In this document: one piece after another, positions 1 to 10,069 of the stretch
How the letters are laid out: every line of letters starts with the position of its first letter
How positions within the stretch are numbered: the stretch's first letter is position 1
NCBI GenBank assembly: GCA_010015585.1
Contig: ML975152.1
Direction: 5' to 3' (one strand)
Origin: Eremomyces bilateralis CBS 781.70
Taxonomy: Eukaryota
Length of the DNA stretch: 20,000 nt
Notes under the pieces: generated by a model
What the model was told of the DNA's origin: nothing
The model's input: only the letters and a program-made list of their open reading frames with translations
The model's database searches: none
Translations under genes and position numbers: made by a program

Positions 1-164
1 GCGCCAGTGACCCAGTGCGGATGGACTTATGATCGGATACCTGCCGTATTGTGTGTTGAAACATTCCCACCAGCCAAGGATATACGGAAAACTTTGAAGT
101 CACTCATCTAGATTGAAATGATCGCCATCATTGAGGAATACGACTGCTAGACCAACAGGACACC

Positions 165-1897
165 ATGGGCAAAGGTATGTCGCCTTCCTAGTTCCATTGA
201 AGCTATTTTTGACAGATCTCGAAGGCACGGATAAGCTATACATCACTCACTCCGAGTGGGCGTCAGGAGATGCCTTTGGAGCGAGTGCCGGCTCAAAAGC
301 TGGCAAACAAGCGGTCGACACAACCTTCAAACGATTACCTTATAACTACTGTGCGGTGTCCTTGCAGCCGTTTAGCGATCCTGTCTGCACGGAGAACGGG
401 ACCATATTCGACCTGTCAAATATATTAGCGTGGCTTGCGAAGCATAGAACGAATCCAGTGGATGGAACACCGCTGAAGCGCGCCGACTTGATCAAGTTAA
501 ACTTCGCGAAAAACGATGACGGAGAATATGTCGACCCGGTAACGTTCAAGGTCTTCACAGACAATACCCATATCGTAGCGTTAAAGGTTTCGGGAAACGT
601 TTTTGCTTGGGATACCGTTCAGCGACTGAACATCAAAGCCAAGAATTGGAAGGATTTGGTCACCGACCAAGAGTTTACCAGGAAGGACATCATCACCTTA
701 CAGGATCCACATAACATCGAAGCAAGGAATCTCAGTTCATTTCAGTATTTGAAAGAGGGAGAAAAACCTGTAGCCGCACACCAGGATCCCGACGAAAGTA
801 ATGGAATCAACGCGTCAGCCCTGGGAAGCTCGGCGAAGATTCTCCGAGCAAAGGAGGCAGTGGCTAAAGCACGCGCTGAGCGTGCTACGGAGGGCCAGCA
901 AGCCAAAGGCCAACTATCGCGAAATGCACAGAAGGCGGCCTTGAGTGGCAGTGGTACAGTACGAAAACTTCCACCGAAGAATGCCGCCCACTACACCACC
1001 GGGCAAGCTGCTGCATCATTTACTAGCACTGGTCTTACCCCTCAAACCGACGCCAGCCTCGCAATCCTGTCCGACGAAGAGTATATGCTCAAGCCCAAAC
1101 GAGTCAAGCATAAGGGATACGCCATTCTTTCCACCAACCTTGGCGACCTGAAGGTTGAACTATACCCCGAGTGGGCCCCTCGAGCCGTGTGGAACTTCAT
1201 TCGCCTTGGCCAAAAGGGCTACTACCGAAATATCGACTTTCACCGAAATATCAGAAACTTCATGCTGCAGGGCGGCGACCCCACGGGGTCGGGACGAGGT
1301 GGCTCGTCCATATGGGGCAAGCCATTCGTGGACGAGATCGAGGGGCCTCTGGCGCATGACGGACGTGGCATGTTGAGTATGGCCAACAAAGGCAAAAACA
1401 CCAATACCTCGCAGTTCTTCATCACGTATCGAGCATGCCCGCACCTCGATCGGAAACACACCATTTTCGGCAAAGTCGTCGACAATCTCGACGTCCTGGC
1501 ACGGCTGGAGGCGGTCAAAACGGACGACAAGGACCGACCCACAGGCGGAGACGGCGGAGAAGCCATTTTGCAAGATGTCACGGTTCTCATCGATCCATTT
1601 GAGGAATTCATGAAGGAGTCGGCCGCGCAAGAGGCTGAAAAAGTGCACAAGGAAGAGGTACGGCGACAAGGAGGGACTGAGGATGATAAACTGACTTGGA
1701 CGGGGAAACGAGTCCGGGGCACAAAAGGCAATAGCGACGGCGCTTCTACCGGTGTTGGCAAGTATTTGAAAGCCGCCATGAATGATGATACCCCAACTGG
1801 GCACGACGAGATCATCGAGGAATGGGACGAGCCCGAGCAGCCGATGAAAAAGAAGGGGAAAATATCTGCTGGGTTTGGCAACTTCGATAGTTGGTAG
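165..1897 (+). CDS. cyp8: Peptidyl-prolyl cis-trans isomerase-like 2 (U-box + cyclophilin; PPIL2/Cyp60/Cyp8). Exons 165-174 and 225-1897
   Basis: ATG at 165. Removing the intron GTATGT(175)..GAAG(224) restores the N-terminus MGKGTDKLYITHSEW. U-box-like region (CAVSLQPFSDPVCT...NPVDG). Cyclophilin motifs FHRNIRNFMLQGGDPTGSGRGG, SMANKGKNTNTSQFFIT and HLDRKHTIFG. C-terminal GFGNFDSW. Confidence 0.95.
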
Positions 1898-2445
1898 CAT
1901 CAAGGTCAAGGCTAGATGAGCGAACCTCGTGGTTCGTTCAGGGCTTTCGTGACTTGTTTTGCCGGCTATTTCTCAGCCGTCCCTGCAGCAACATCCTTTT
2001 ATATTGCTGTTACTGCCATACCGCCGCATTCCTTTCCTAGGGCCGAAGTGGACAGAGTACGGCGGGTGTGCAAGCAACTAAGAAGAATGGTTGCTGAAAC
2101 GGCATCCGTCTTGTTGGGAACGGACGCGAGAATGGAAGATATGGCTGACAGGTCGCATGCCGCTGGCTCAACTCCTGTTCAAAAACCAACCGTTCGTTTC
2201 GGCCACAATTTGAAGAGATGTAAACAGCCTGTCTGGAGCCGTCAAAATATTGAAGATGTTCCCGATGACTAAGTCAAACCACTCTCCTGAACCGAACTCG
2301 GCTCCTTCTCGCCAAGGTCCTCAATCCTCACACTCATCCGCGCACTGTCTCGGACGACAGGTCCGCTCGAGTGTCACCAATGGACCTCCGGCCTCCTTAT
2401 TCGTTTAAAAAAGAGTAAAAGAGACGACGGCAAATTGACCGCCGG

Positions 2446-2674
2446 TGACACGGTCTGGATGCGCAAGGTCTGCGATTACCAAGTTCCATTAATCTAAACT
2501 GAAGAGAGAGAGAGAGAGAAGAAATCTCCCGGCACCTTTGTGCGCGAGATAGCGACTCTCCTCTCCAATGCCCTACTGCTGTGTTACCATGTTTGTTTGC
2601 TTCTCTGATATAATCCACCAGCCACGTCTTCAGCCACAACCAAGGGAACAGGCCGCAGGCCTGGGACCATAACA
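2446..2674 (-). mobile_element. Solo LTR (229 bp, family 1) with 5-bp TSD GCCGG
   Basis: TG...CA termini. GCCGG at 2441-2445 and 2675-2679. Reverse-complement copy of 5106-5334 with no mismatch seen by eye. Confidence 0.92.
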
Positions 2675-2806
2675 GCCGGTTTTGGCAGGCTTCCGTTGTT
2701 GGTATACCCGATCCCACTACTATAGCAATCGTGGCCCACTGTAACGAACGCGAAACCTACAAGATAGGGATATCAAGAAAAACGGTTTCTTTCGTCATAT
2801 CAAAGC

Positions 2807-2840
2807 TACAGAAGAAGAAGAAGAAGAAAGAAAGAGAAAG
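2807..2840. repeat. GAA/GAAA purine microsatellite
   Basis: gaagaagaagaagaagaaagaaagagaaag. Confidence 0.6.
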
Positions 2841-3318
2841 CAAACTGCAAACAGCTATTTAAAAACGACGAAAGCGGGCGTTTGCAAAGGAAACGGCGAT
2901 AAGGCCACGAGGCACCAGGGCGCCGAGGCACCAAGGCGCTGTCCACCCATCGAACCGTGACAGCCCGCAGCCCTCGATCCTCCCGGTCATTAGCTCACTC
3001 CTATCATCCGAGGTTTTTCCACCAGCACTCTTTAGAAATGTCTATTATCTCATCACATTGATCGAGACATCCTCTACCGGGAGAACATGATCAGCTCCAT
3101 CCTGTCACGCGCCAGAAGGAAAGGGCCTCCTTTGGTTCCAAGCAGGCAGCAAGGCCACTTATGGAAAGCGACGGCCCCGCCCTGACCACTTATTAGGACC
3201 GTGACTAGAGTACTCCATACCAAGGAACGTACGCCTTTTAGCTGAAATCAAGCGGCTCATCTCCAACGCAACTTCAACGAACGGAGTGCCCGCATATGAG
3301 AAGTCCCAGCTCACCATT

Positions 3319-4221
3319 ATGGCTTCTCCAACTTCACCAACTTCTCCAATCTCTCGAACTACAGAAACCCCACCGTTCGATGAAATGACTCCTAAGGTTC
3401 CACCAGCTGCAGGACTCGAACAAGCCCAAGTACTGCCATTCAGCATTGCCAATTTCAAGCGTGCTGTTGCGGATCGTCTGCGAGCTCTGGACGGCGACGG
3501 CGGAGACAATACACAGCGATGGATCGTTTTTTCGGCCTTTAACCACTCGAAGCTCACCTACATCGACCGACTCCGTTACCCAGTTCGTTTACAACTTGAT
3601 GACGATAAATTAATCGTCAGGATGGTGACCCATGTGCACGAGAACATGCACGCCAACTTGCATGCCGAAATAATCATGCAGTTGAGGCTTATGGGTCTCC
3701 AGCTTAATCTGGAGTTTACGTGTTCCGGATCAGGCCGGTGCCGCCATCGCTCAGGCAATTCATTCAAGGAGGCGGACAGCTCAATAACACCTTCTAACCC
3801 CCCTCCATGGCCCGCCTTAATCATCGAGGCCGGTTGGACAGAGTGCTTAGGGCGTCTTCATATTGATGCACAATGGTGGCTATCGGCTCAATTGCCCCCA
3901 AACAATACTCGAATGGTGGTTCTAGCTTCGTTCAACAAATCAGGGCGTACCTTCCGCCTTGAAAGGTACGAGCTCGTCACCGTTGCTGACGCTAATCGAA
4001 CGCGATCCGCGCCACTCGGAGTTCGAGATATCGCGATGTGCACGGCAGCTACGACGATTGACCTCAGATCGACACCCCCAATCATCACTGGTGCGCCATT
4101 TGTGCTGCCTTTTAAGAAGATCATGCGGCGCCCTAAAGCGGCTGCTGAGCAGGACGTCTCGTTGAGCGCGGCCAATCTCGAGGCATGGGCCATGGGTATA
4201 GCTCGTTTGTACAACGTTTGA
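3319..4221 (+). CDS. Intronless ~300-aa protein resembling the fungal PD-(D/E)xK / Uma2-like (Crinkler-REase-like) restriction-endonuclease-fold family
   Basis: Uninterrupted ORF (first ATG at 3319; the ORF track starts at GTG 3286). Motif series HE..HA, KEADSS, WPALIIEAGWTE and L..DAQWWL matches the recurrent fungal pattern KEPD...WPTLVIE.G.SES...L..DA.WW. The family call is from recalled pattern, not from a search. Confidence 0.7.
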   Translation: MASPTSPTSPISRTTETPPFDEMTPKVPPAAGLEQAQVLPFSIANFKRAVADRLRALDGDGGDNTQRWIVFSAFNHSKLTYIDRLRYPVRLQLDDDKLIVRMVTHVHENMHANLHAEIIMQLRLMGLQLNLEFTCSGSGRCRHRSGNSFKEADSSITPSNPPPWPALIIEAGWTECLGRLHIDAQWWLSAQLPPNNTRMVVLASFNKSGRTFRLERYELVTVADANRTRSAPLGVRDIAMCTAATTIDLRSTPPIITGAPFVLPFKKIMRRPKAAAEQDVSLSAANLEAWAMGIARLYNV

Positions 4222-5105
4222 GAGGGTCTAAAGCATGAGCATCTGAAGCTGGCGTCGTGTGGAGGAGTGAGCATCGATGGAGGTCGCGCCGTGTGAGTCA
4301 TACAGCCAAATAGACCCCCGAAAACGGAGGTCTTCTTGCCGTCTGGTTGTTTGAGTAATAGATGTCTGATAGACGAAGATATTAATTCACAACTAGAGCT
4401 GTAATCCACCAGCGACCTAGCCACACCACCGAGTTAGTCACTTCAGCTCAATAACGACGATCGGTACCGTTTTTTCGAGATGCCTCGACAACAACAGCCT
4501 CAATTGTCCTCAAACGAGGCTAATATAAATTTAGCTAAAATGGCTATTGATTAAGGCCAAATTCGATCGAAGGATTTTATCTCTCTCTTTTGTTGCTTCT
4601 AAGTTAGATGTGCTGCCAGATCCAAAAATGACATCATCGAGAACCGTTGGGGATCTCGCTGTGGCTGTGTGTAGGATCCCCGGAGCTTGGCGTGGTCGAT
4701 CATACCAAGCTCCGGGGCGGCCTGGCACGACATCCTTCGCACGCTCTCCTGGTTCCGATTCTGGTCCCACAAACAGTATTCTACCACGGAACCATCCGCA
4801 CGCTCCGTAGATTGCACGCTGGCTCTTAAAAGTGCGCTCTTTTGGAGTACACGCTCCCTTCCGTGTAGCCCTCCTCCCACGGCTACTCTCGTAAGATCTC
4901 GCTCCCACGACCACTCGCCCACGAACACATTAATACGAACACTTCCCACAACCATTCTCTCTCACGGTCGCCGCTCCACGGACATCCTCTCACAATTGCC
5001 ACTCTCCCACGACCACTCTTCCACAATCCCCACAACCGCACGGTCGTTGTCACATGATCAGAGATATCTCTCCTCCACCACAGAGATGTCGTGTAACGCA
5101 TTTCT

Positions 5106-5334
5106 TGTTATGGTCCCAGGCCTGCGGCCTGTTCCCTTGGTTGTGGCTGAAGACGTGGCTGGTGGATTATATCAGAGAAGCAAACAAACATGGTAACACA
5201 GCAGTAGGGCATTGGAGAGGAGAGTCGCTATCTCGCGCACAAAGGTGCCGGGAGATTTCTTCTCTCTCTCTCTCTCTTCAGTTTAGATTAATGGAACTTG
5301 GTAATCGCAGACCTTGCGCATCCAGACCGTGTCA
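5106..5334 (+). mobile_element. LTR (229 bp, family 1); probable 5' LTR of a truncated Ty3/gypsy element
   Basis: TGTTA...TGTCA termini. Inverted copy of 2446-2674. Flanks TTTCT/ACAAC are not a TSD. Followed 12 bp later by a gag-like frame. Confidence 0.88.
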
Positions 5335-5346
5335 ACAACGAGCATT

Positions 5347-5898
5347 ATAGAGAAAGCCAACGTATTAGAAGAAATAAAGAAGGTCGCCGGAGAAGTAAGG
5401 AGGCGATACCCAGGCGAGAAAACGATAGATGAATATATCGCTGCCCTTCTAAAGGATATTAAGGAACGAGAAGGACCCGCCGCTGCGTAAGCGAAGGACT
5501 AGGTATTATTAGGACTAAGCCGTAGTATCCTTCCGAAGCTAGTAACCTTCGACGGTATTAAACGATCTAAATACCCGACTTTTAAAGATTAGGTAAAGAA
5601 TAAGCTCGCGGTTAACCTGGCTAGAAATAACGAAAGCATACGAGTAGCCTATATATAAGCTTTCCTCGTGGGTCAAGCAGTAAAATACGTATAATACTTC
5701 ATCTCGTCGGGACGAACTCTTAATATACTAACGACCGTTAGCGGCCTGTTTAAGTACCTTAACCGACGCTATATAGATCCCTATAAAGCGACTCGAGCGA
5801 TAGATACCTACGGACAATTTAAGCAGGGTAATATAGACTTTATCGAGTTCGTATCGGAACTCGACCGTCTTTAAATAGAGGTAAGAATTAATAAGTAA
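5347..5898 (+). pseudogene. RIP-mutated Ty3/gypsy gag remnant
   Basis: One reading frame translates ...LPKLVTFDGIKRSKYPTFKD*VKNKLAVN...RVAYI*AFLVGQAVKYV*...LFKYLNRRYIDPYKATRAIDTYGQFKQGNIDFIEFVSELDRL*, a Retrotrans_gag-like pattern. Stops are TAA/TAG at plausible CAA/CAG positions, and the segment is TpA-rich and CpA-poor. Confidence 0.8.
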
Positions 5899-6003
5899 AA
5901 GAGACGACGGCATGTCGACCGCCAGAATGGCTGACTTGCCCCACTGTGCACGCTTATATTAACTTAACGAACCTGACCCTATCAAAATCGCCCACTACTT
6001 TAA

Positions 6004-6235
6004 TAGGCCTCGGATGGGTGCGGTTCGAACCGCAGGGTTTGGGTTTGGGTTTGCGTAGAATGAAGAAACCCACCCCTCGCGGTTGGGGTCCGAAATCCGG
6101 CGGTTGCGGTTGGGGTTGGGGGGGTCTGTCTGTAAAACCCAACCGCAACCGCTGCCAAAAACCGCGGGGGACCCGCGGGTTTGGTTTTTCGGCGGGTGCA
6201 GCCAACCCCAACCGCCAGATGGGTTTGGTTTCTTG
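6004..6235. repeat. GC-rich array of AACCGC/AACCC/GGGTTT motifs in both orientations; possible DNA-transposon (hAT-like) terminus
   Basis: Begins TAGGCCTCGGATGGGTGCGG. Many GCGGTT/AACCGC and GGGTTT/AAACCC units. No matching opposite end found in the window. Confidence 0.4.
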
Positions 6236-6300
6236 GCATATATCGGGGTACGATTAGGTTAATTGGCGCACATTTCCAGCATAATAGGCTACTATATATA

Positions 6301-8089
6301 ATAATAAGAATCAATTTAACGTACTATCTGGATCCCTTTCGGGTCTATGAGCACGGCATTCTATCTGGTCTATCGCGGGCAAAAGTTTCCCCGTAGCCAT
6401 GAGGCTGCGGGTACATAAAATCCCACCTTCTCCCCTTGGTAGAGTATCTCAATCATTTTTATCATTCCGCACGAGTCGGTGTTTCCGCCTACGCGGAGAG
6501 CTTATTCTGGCACGTCGTGGAGGACCTGGAACGGTTTCCAGTCCTCTATTACCTCCTTCTCAACTTCCTTGGCTACCCGGTATTGCTCTAGGCCTCCCGC
6601 ATCGATCAGCCACCTTGCTGCGTGGCGCACCTTGTCCCTGTCATGCAAAATCCTCTTAAAGTCCGTTGTTCCAGCTCGTTGGAGGAGCGCAATCCTCTGG
6701 TCGGTCCGCTGCGGGCAAAACGCAAGGAGATGGTAGAGAGACTGTCGGGGGGCACCACACTCACACGCTGGGTGGATTCCAGGGACACCAATTTTCGCGA
6801 GCCATCCCTTAACTCCAACTACCTCAGTCCGAAGTGCCATAAGCGCCGAGGCCTCGTGTTTCTGAGGGCCATCGTACCGGTTAAGGCACTGAGTTTCCCA
6901 CGGGTCCTTCTATGTCCTTGCTCTCCTTCCTGGTCTGGCCGCTTCGGCTTGCCATCTTTCCCTCCATTTCGCCCGATACTCGTCCTGGATCATCCGGTGC
7001 GGGCCTTTTCGCTGTTGTGTTCGATATCCCCTAGCTGGTTCGGGCCGGGGGAACAGGAGTCTATCATACTGGGTCCGGAGCGTACACATTGCGGGTTCAG
7101 GTTTAGACTGTTCGTCTCGGGGGAGCAGACGCAGCATCCCAGACTTGCGTCAGGGCTCCTTCAATCTGGGTAGTGACCTTATGGGAGTTCGCCGATGCTG
7201 CTCTTTGAGCGGCCCGTTCTTGGACGTAGAGCTCGATTGGGGGAACGTCCACCTCTTTCTCAAGCGCGGCGATTGGTGTCCGTTTGTACGCCCCTAGAAT
7301 CTTTCGAAGGCACTTGTTCTGAACCTTGGCCAGGTCCTTCATTTTGCCTTCAGAGATTGGCTCACCCTGCTGATCGACTCCCCAGATTGGGGCGCCGTAT
7401 GTCATAATGGGCCGTGCAACTGCTGTATAAAGTAGCCTCGATTTCCGGACAGATGGTCCCCATACCGACGAGGTTACCCTCGCTAGGGAGTCAAAGGCCC
7501 TAAGTCCCCTCTGTGTTGCCCGGAGGATATGGTCCTTCCATGAGAGAGACGGGTCGAGCCAGACCCCTAGCACCCGGAGGGATGTAACCAGTTCAGCTTG
7601 GTGTCCCTGTATCTGGATCGTAGACCGGAGATCAGCGGAAGAATTACGTTTCTTGGTGAAGTGGATAATCTGGTACTTAGCCGTGTCTCCCCAGGTAATA
7701 AGTGTAGTATCATCAACGAATCCGAACCCAAGCACGTTACCCTGAACCTCTTTGAACTGTTTTAATAGGTCAGATATAAATAGGATAAACAGCGCGGGTG
7801 ATAGGGTAGATCCTTGCGGGATCCCAGTCTCCGTGTCGAACCAGCGGCTCTTAAAGTCCGAGAAGAGGATCCTTGTTCGCCGTCCGGTTAAGAACAATGC
7901 GATCATCTGGACAATCCATTCGGGGTATCCCATCCGACGGAGGACCCAGAGCAGCCGGGGGTAAGAGACGTTATCAAAAGCTCCGGCAAGGTCAAGCCCA
8001 AGTACGGATACTACTGACTTCTTTGAGTGCCACGCCGTCTGTACAGTCCCGGTAAGGAGTTCTAGGGCGGAGAGAGTAGATCTCTCCTT
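6301..8089 (-). mobile_element. 5'-truncated, degenerate Tad1-clade LINE (RT + C-terminal CCHC, no RNase H seen)
   Basis: Minus strand translates KERSTLSALELL...LGLDLAGAFDNV...TGIPQGSTLSP...GFVDD...LRVLGVWLD...CLRKILGAYKRTPIAALE, then CECGAPRQSLYHLLAFC. Premature stops and a frameshift. AT-rich 3' tail near 6290-6320. Confidence 0.9.
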
Positions 8090-8260
8090 TATAGAAATAT
8101 ATATAGTAGCTGTTCTATTTGTGTAACTCTAGGGCAATATGTTGATCAAATGGATTGTTTGTGGTGGCCGGAAACTGGGTGCTTTGACTCCTGTCCCTCC
8201 GCTAGATGTTAAATATCTCCCGAAAGGCCTCGGAGCAGCGTCTTCTATTCTACGTGGGTA

Positions 8261-9784
8261 TTAATGCCAACTATCAATGGTCTCCTCCTCAAACACCAAG
8301 GTAAAATCCAATCGCTTGGCCGCTTCGAACAGAGGATTCATAACATTCTCTGGGAAATTGCAACCACCTACACAGCCTTCGCGGCGGCCGTCGTACACGA
8401 TCCGGATCCGTTGCAACGGCGAGTGCCGCTGCCTCGCGATCTCCATAAATTGCCCCAGCCATTGGTCCAATTCCGTCCCATGCGTGCCCCGGGGACAGGC
8501 CGAGAACCGGTCGGAGAACCGGTTGAACGTCTCCATAACCAGCGTGAGGTTCCGTAGTTTCGGTGCGAGCAGCGCGTTCGCGGCGTCGGTGGCATCGAGA
8601 TCGTCGATCCGGCAATGGGGATTGGCGGTGAAGGTCGTCCAGAGGATTGTGAGGGTTTCTAGCGCGGGCAGGCCAGTGACGTCGAGGGGACGACCGGGCA
8701 TCCGATGGAAATATCCAATGGCGAGGGAACGCACGGTCGAACGGTGGCGCGCGAGAAGCCAGTGGAAGAAAGTCTGGTCGTCGTCCGGTGGGGAAGGGAC
8801 GTAACAGTCCTTAAAGTAATCCATATAGGCGAAGTGCTCGATGGTCTTGCACCAGTTAACAATCGTCGGGAGGACCAGCTCGTCATTGTTAAAATCGCCG
8901 ATGTCTACCGTAGTAAACGGCGCGGTGCCCTCCTAATAAGCGGAGTTGTTAGCAAGGGAGCATTACATTAACAGCGGAGGGTTTAATGGGAGGTTGAACG
9001 GGGAAGAAGGGGGGAGTAAAGATCGATCTTAACTAACTTTAAGAAAAGCGACGTCGGATCTCGACAGTGATACGAAGCCGTAGATCTGGAGCGCTCGGTT
9101 ACAGCGGTTCGATCTAGAGCGCATCATGTTACGGCCAAGGCCGTATCCCTCCTCTTCATGCAGGACATCAATCAGCATGACATGATTGATGGACGTAAGC
9201 CGCTCCCAAACACAGGCGAATGGGCCAGCACCGTCCGTATCGCTCTCTGATAGGACGTCGATAGGAAAGCTTACGAGCTTAAGACATCGGAGGTTCGTTG
9301 TCAACGACAAAATTTCATGGAAGACTTTGATATATTGTTCGGCAGTCAATGACTCCAGGGAGTACTGTTCAATCATTAAGGTGTGGCAGCGTCGAGCAAG
9401 CGCTGGGTTACCTCGGAGCGTGGCATGTAAACTGGGGAGCCGATTCCGGTATCGACAGCATGGGGGGCCTATCCAGAGCTCGAGGTGACGGTAAAACAGA
9501 GGTTGAAAGATCGAACGAAAGTGACGGCAAACCAAGGGCATCCAGGAGGCTTCATGGGACGCCCGAACGTTCGGGTGCGGGCATCTTCGTAGACCATCGT
9601 CACTCTTCTGCTTTATTTCCTCGCCCGTGATGGAATGGATCACCTTAGCATCTGGTACAGTGAATGTCGACGCGCCATATCCAATAGAAGCGTACTTGAG
9701 GATTAACTCGAGGAGCTCGTCCGACAGACGTAAGATGGGGGGCTGCTCGTTCAGCTCTCTGTCACCGGTGGGCGCTGTCGACAT
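8261..9784 (-). CDS. F-box domain protein with LRR-like C-terminus (~472 aa). Exons 9784-9038 and 8932-8261
   Basis: N-terminal ILRLSDELLELILKY and LVCRHFRSIFQPLFYRHLEL (fungal F-box signature). Phase-0 intron 9037-8933 (GTTAGT...GCTAAC...TAG) joins the two ORFs in frame. LRR-like units (LRCLKL, VRSLAI, LPALETLTI, PKLRNLTL). Confidence 0.8.
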
Positions 9785-10069
9785 GCTAGAGCTGACTGGA
9801 AGGCGGAAGATATCGTCTTGCTAGAGTATCAGTTAATAGACAGTGAAACTGCGTCCAGTACGTGTTTTCTACTATTTCCTAACAAATACGAATGGGGATG
9901 AATTAGATGACAGTTAAGACCTTAACAGCAGCCCCATAAAGACGTGAGGATTGATATGGTGGCGCTATTAAACTATAAATAGAGCTACTGACTTGGCAAA
10001 GATGATTGCGTACATGGGCTAGCTTAAATTACATCTCAGTTGGTATACGTAGTAGTTATGGATAACGTA

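Larger units (their letters stand above)
2419..4354. mobile_element. Putative cassette A: mini element with asymmetric inverted ends, bounded by a GAGTAA direct repeat, carrying a nuclease-like gene
   Basis: GAGTAA at 2413-2418 and 4353-4358. Inverted motif GACGGCAAATTGACCGCCG at 2426-2444 versus CGGAGGTCTTCTTGCCGTC at 4325-4343. The same type of ends recurs at 5894-5924 and 10449-10486. Confidence 0.55.

Noticed and set aside
131..164. ORF-track start of the cyclophilin at TTG 131
   Set aside because: It reads through an intron. The spliced ATG 165 model gives the conserved MGKGTDK N-terminus.
1916..2272. 118-aa ORF after cyp8
   Set aside because: No recognisable motif, and it starts 19 bp after the stop codon, within the probable 3' UTR.
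2397..2717. Twin ORFs 2397-2717 (-) and 5054-5350 (+) sharing an identical peptide
   Set aside because: They are translations of the duplicated LTR, not genes.
2446..5334. 229-bp inverted repeats as TIRs of a DNA transposon carrying the nuclease
   Set aside because: They have TG..CA ends, the left copy has its own 5-bp TSD, and the right copy leads into gag, so they are LTRs.
2407..5898. Exact Hephaestus-type TTAC(N7)A target consensus at the left junctions
   Set aside because: It fits the right ends (4358, 10486) but not 2418 or 5898. Only the TTAC core is claimed.
6034..6052. GGGTTT x3 as an interstitial telomere
   Set aside because: Only three units, not TTAGGG, and embedded in a mixed-motif array.
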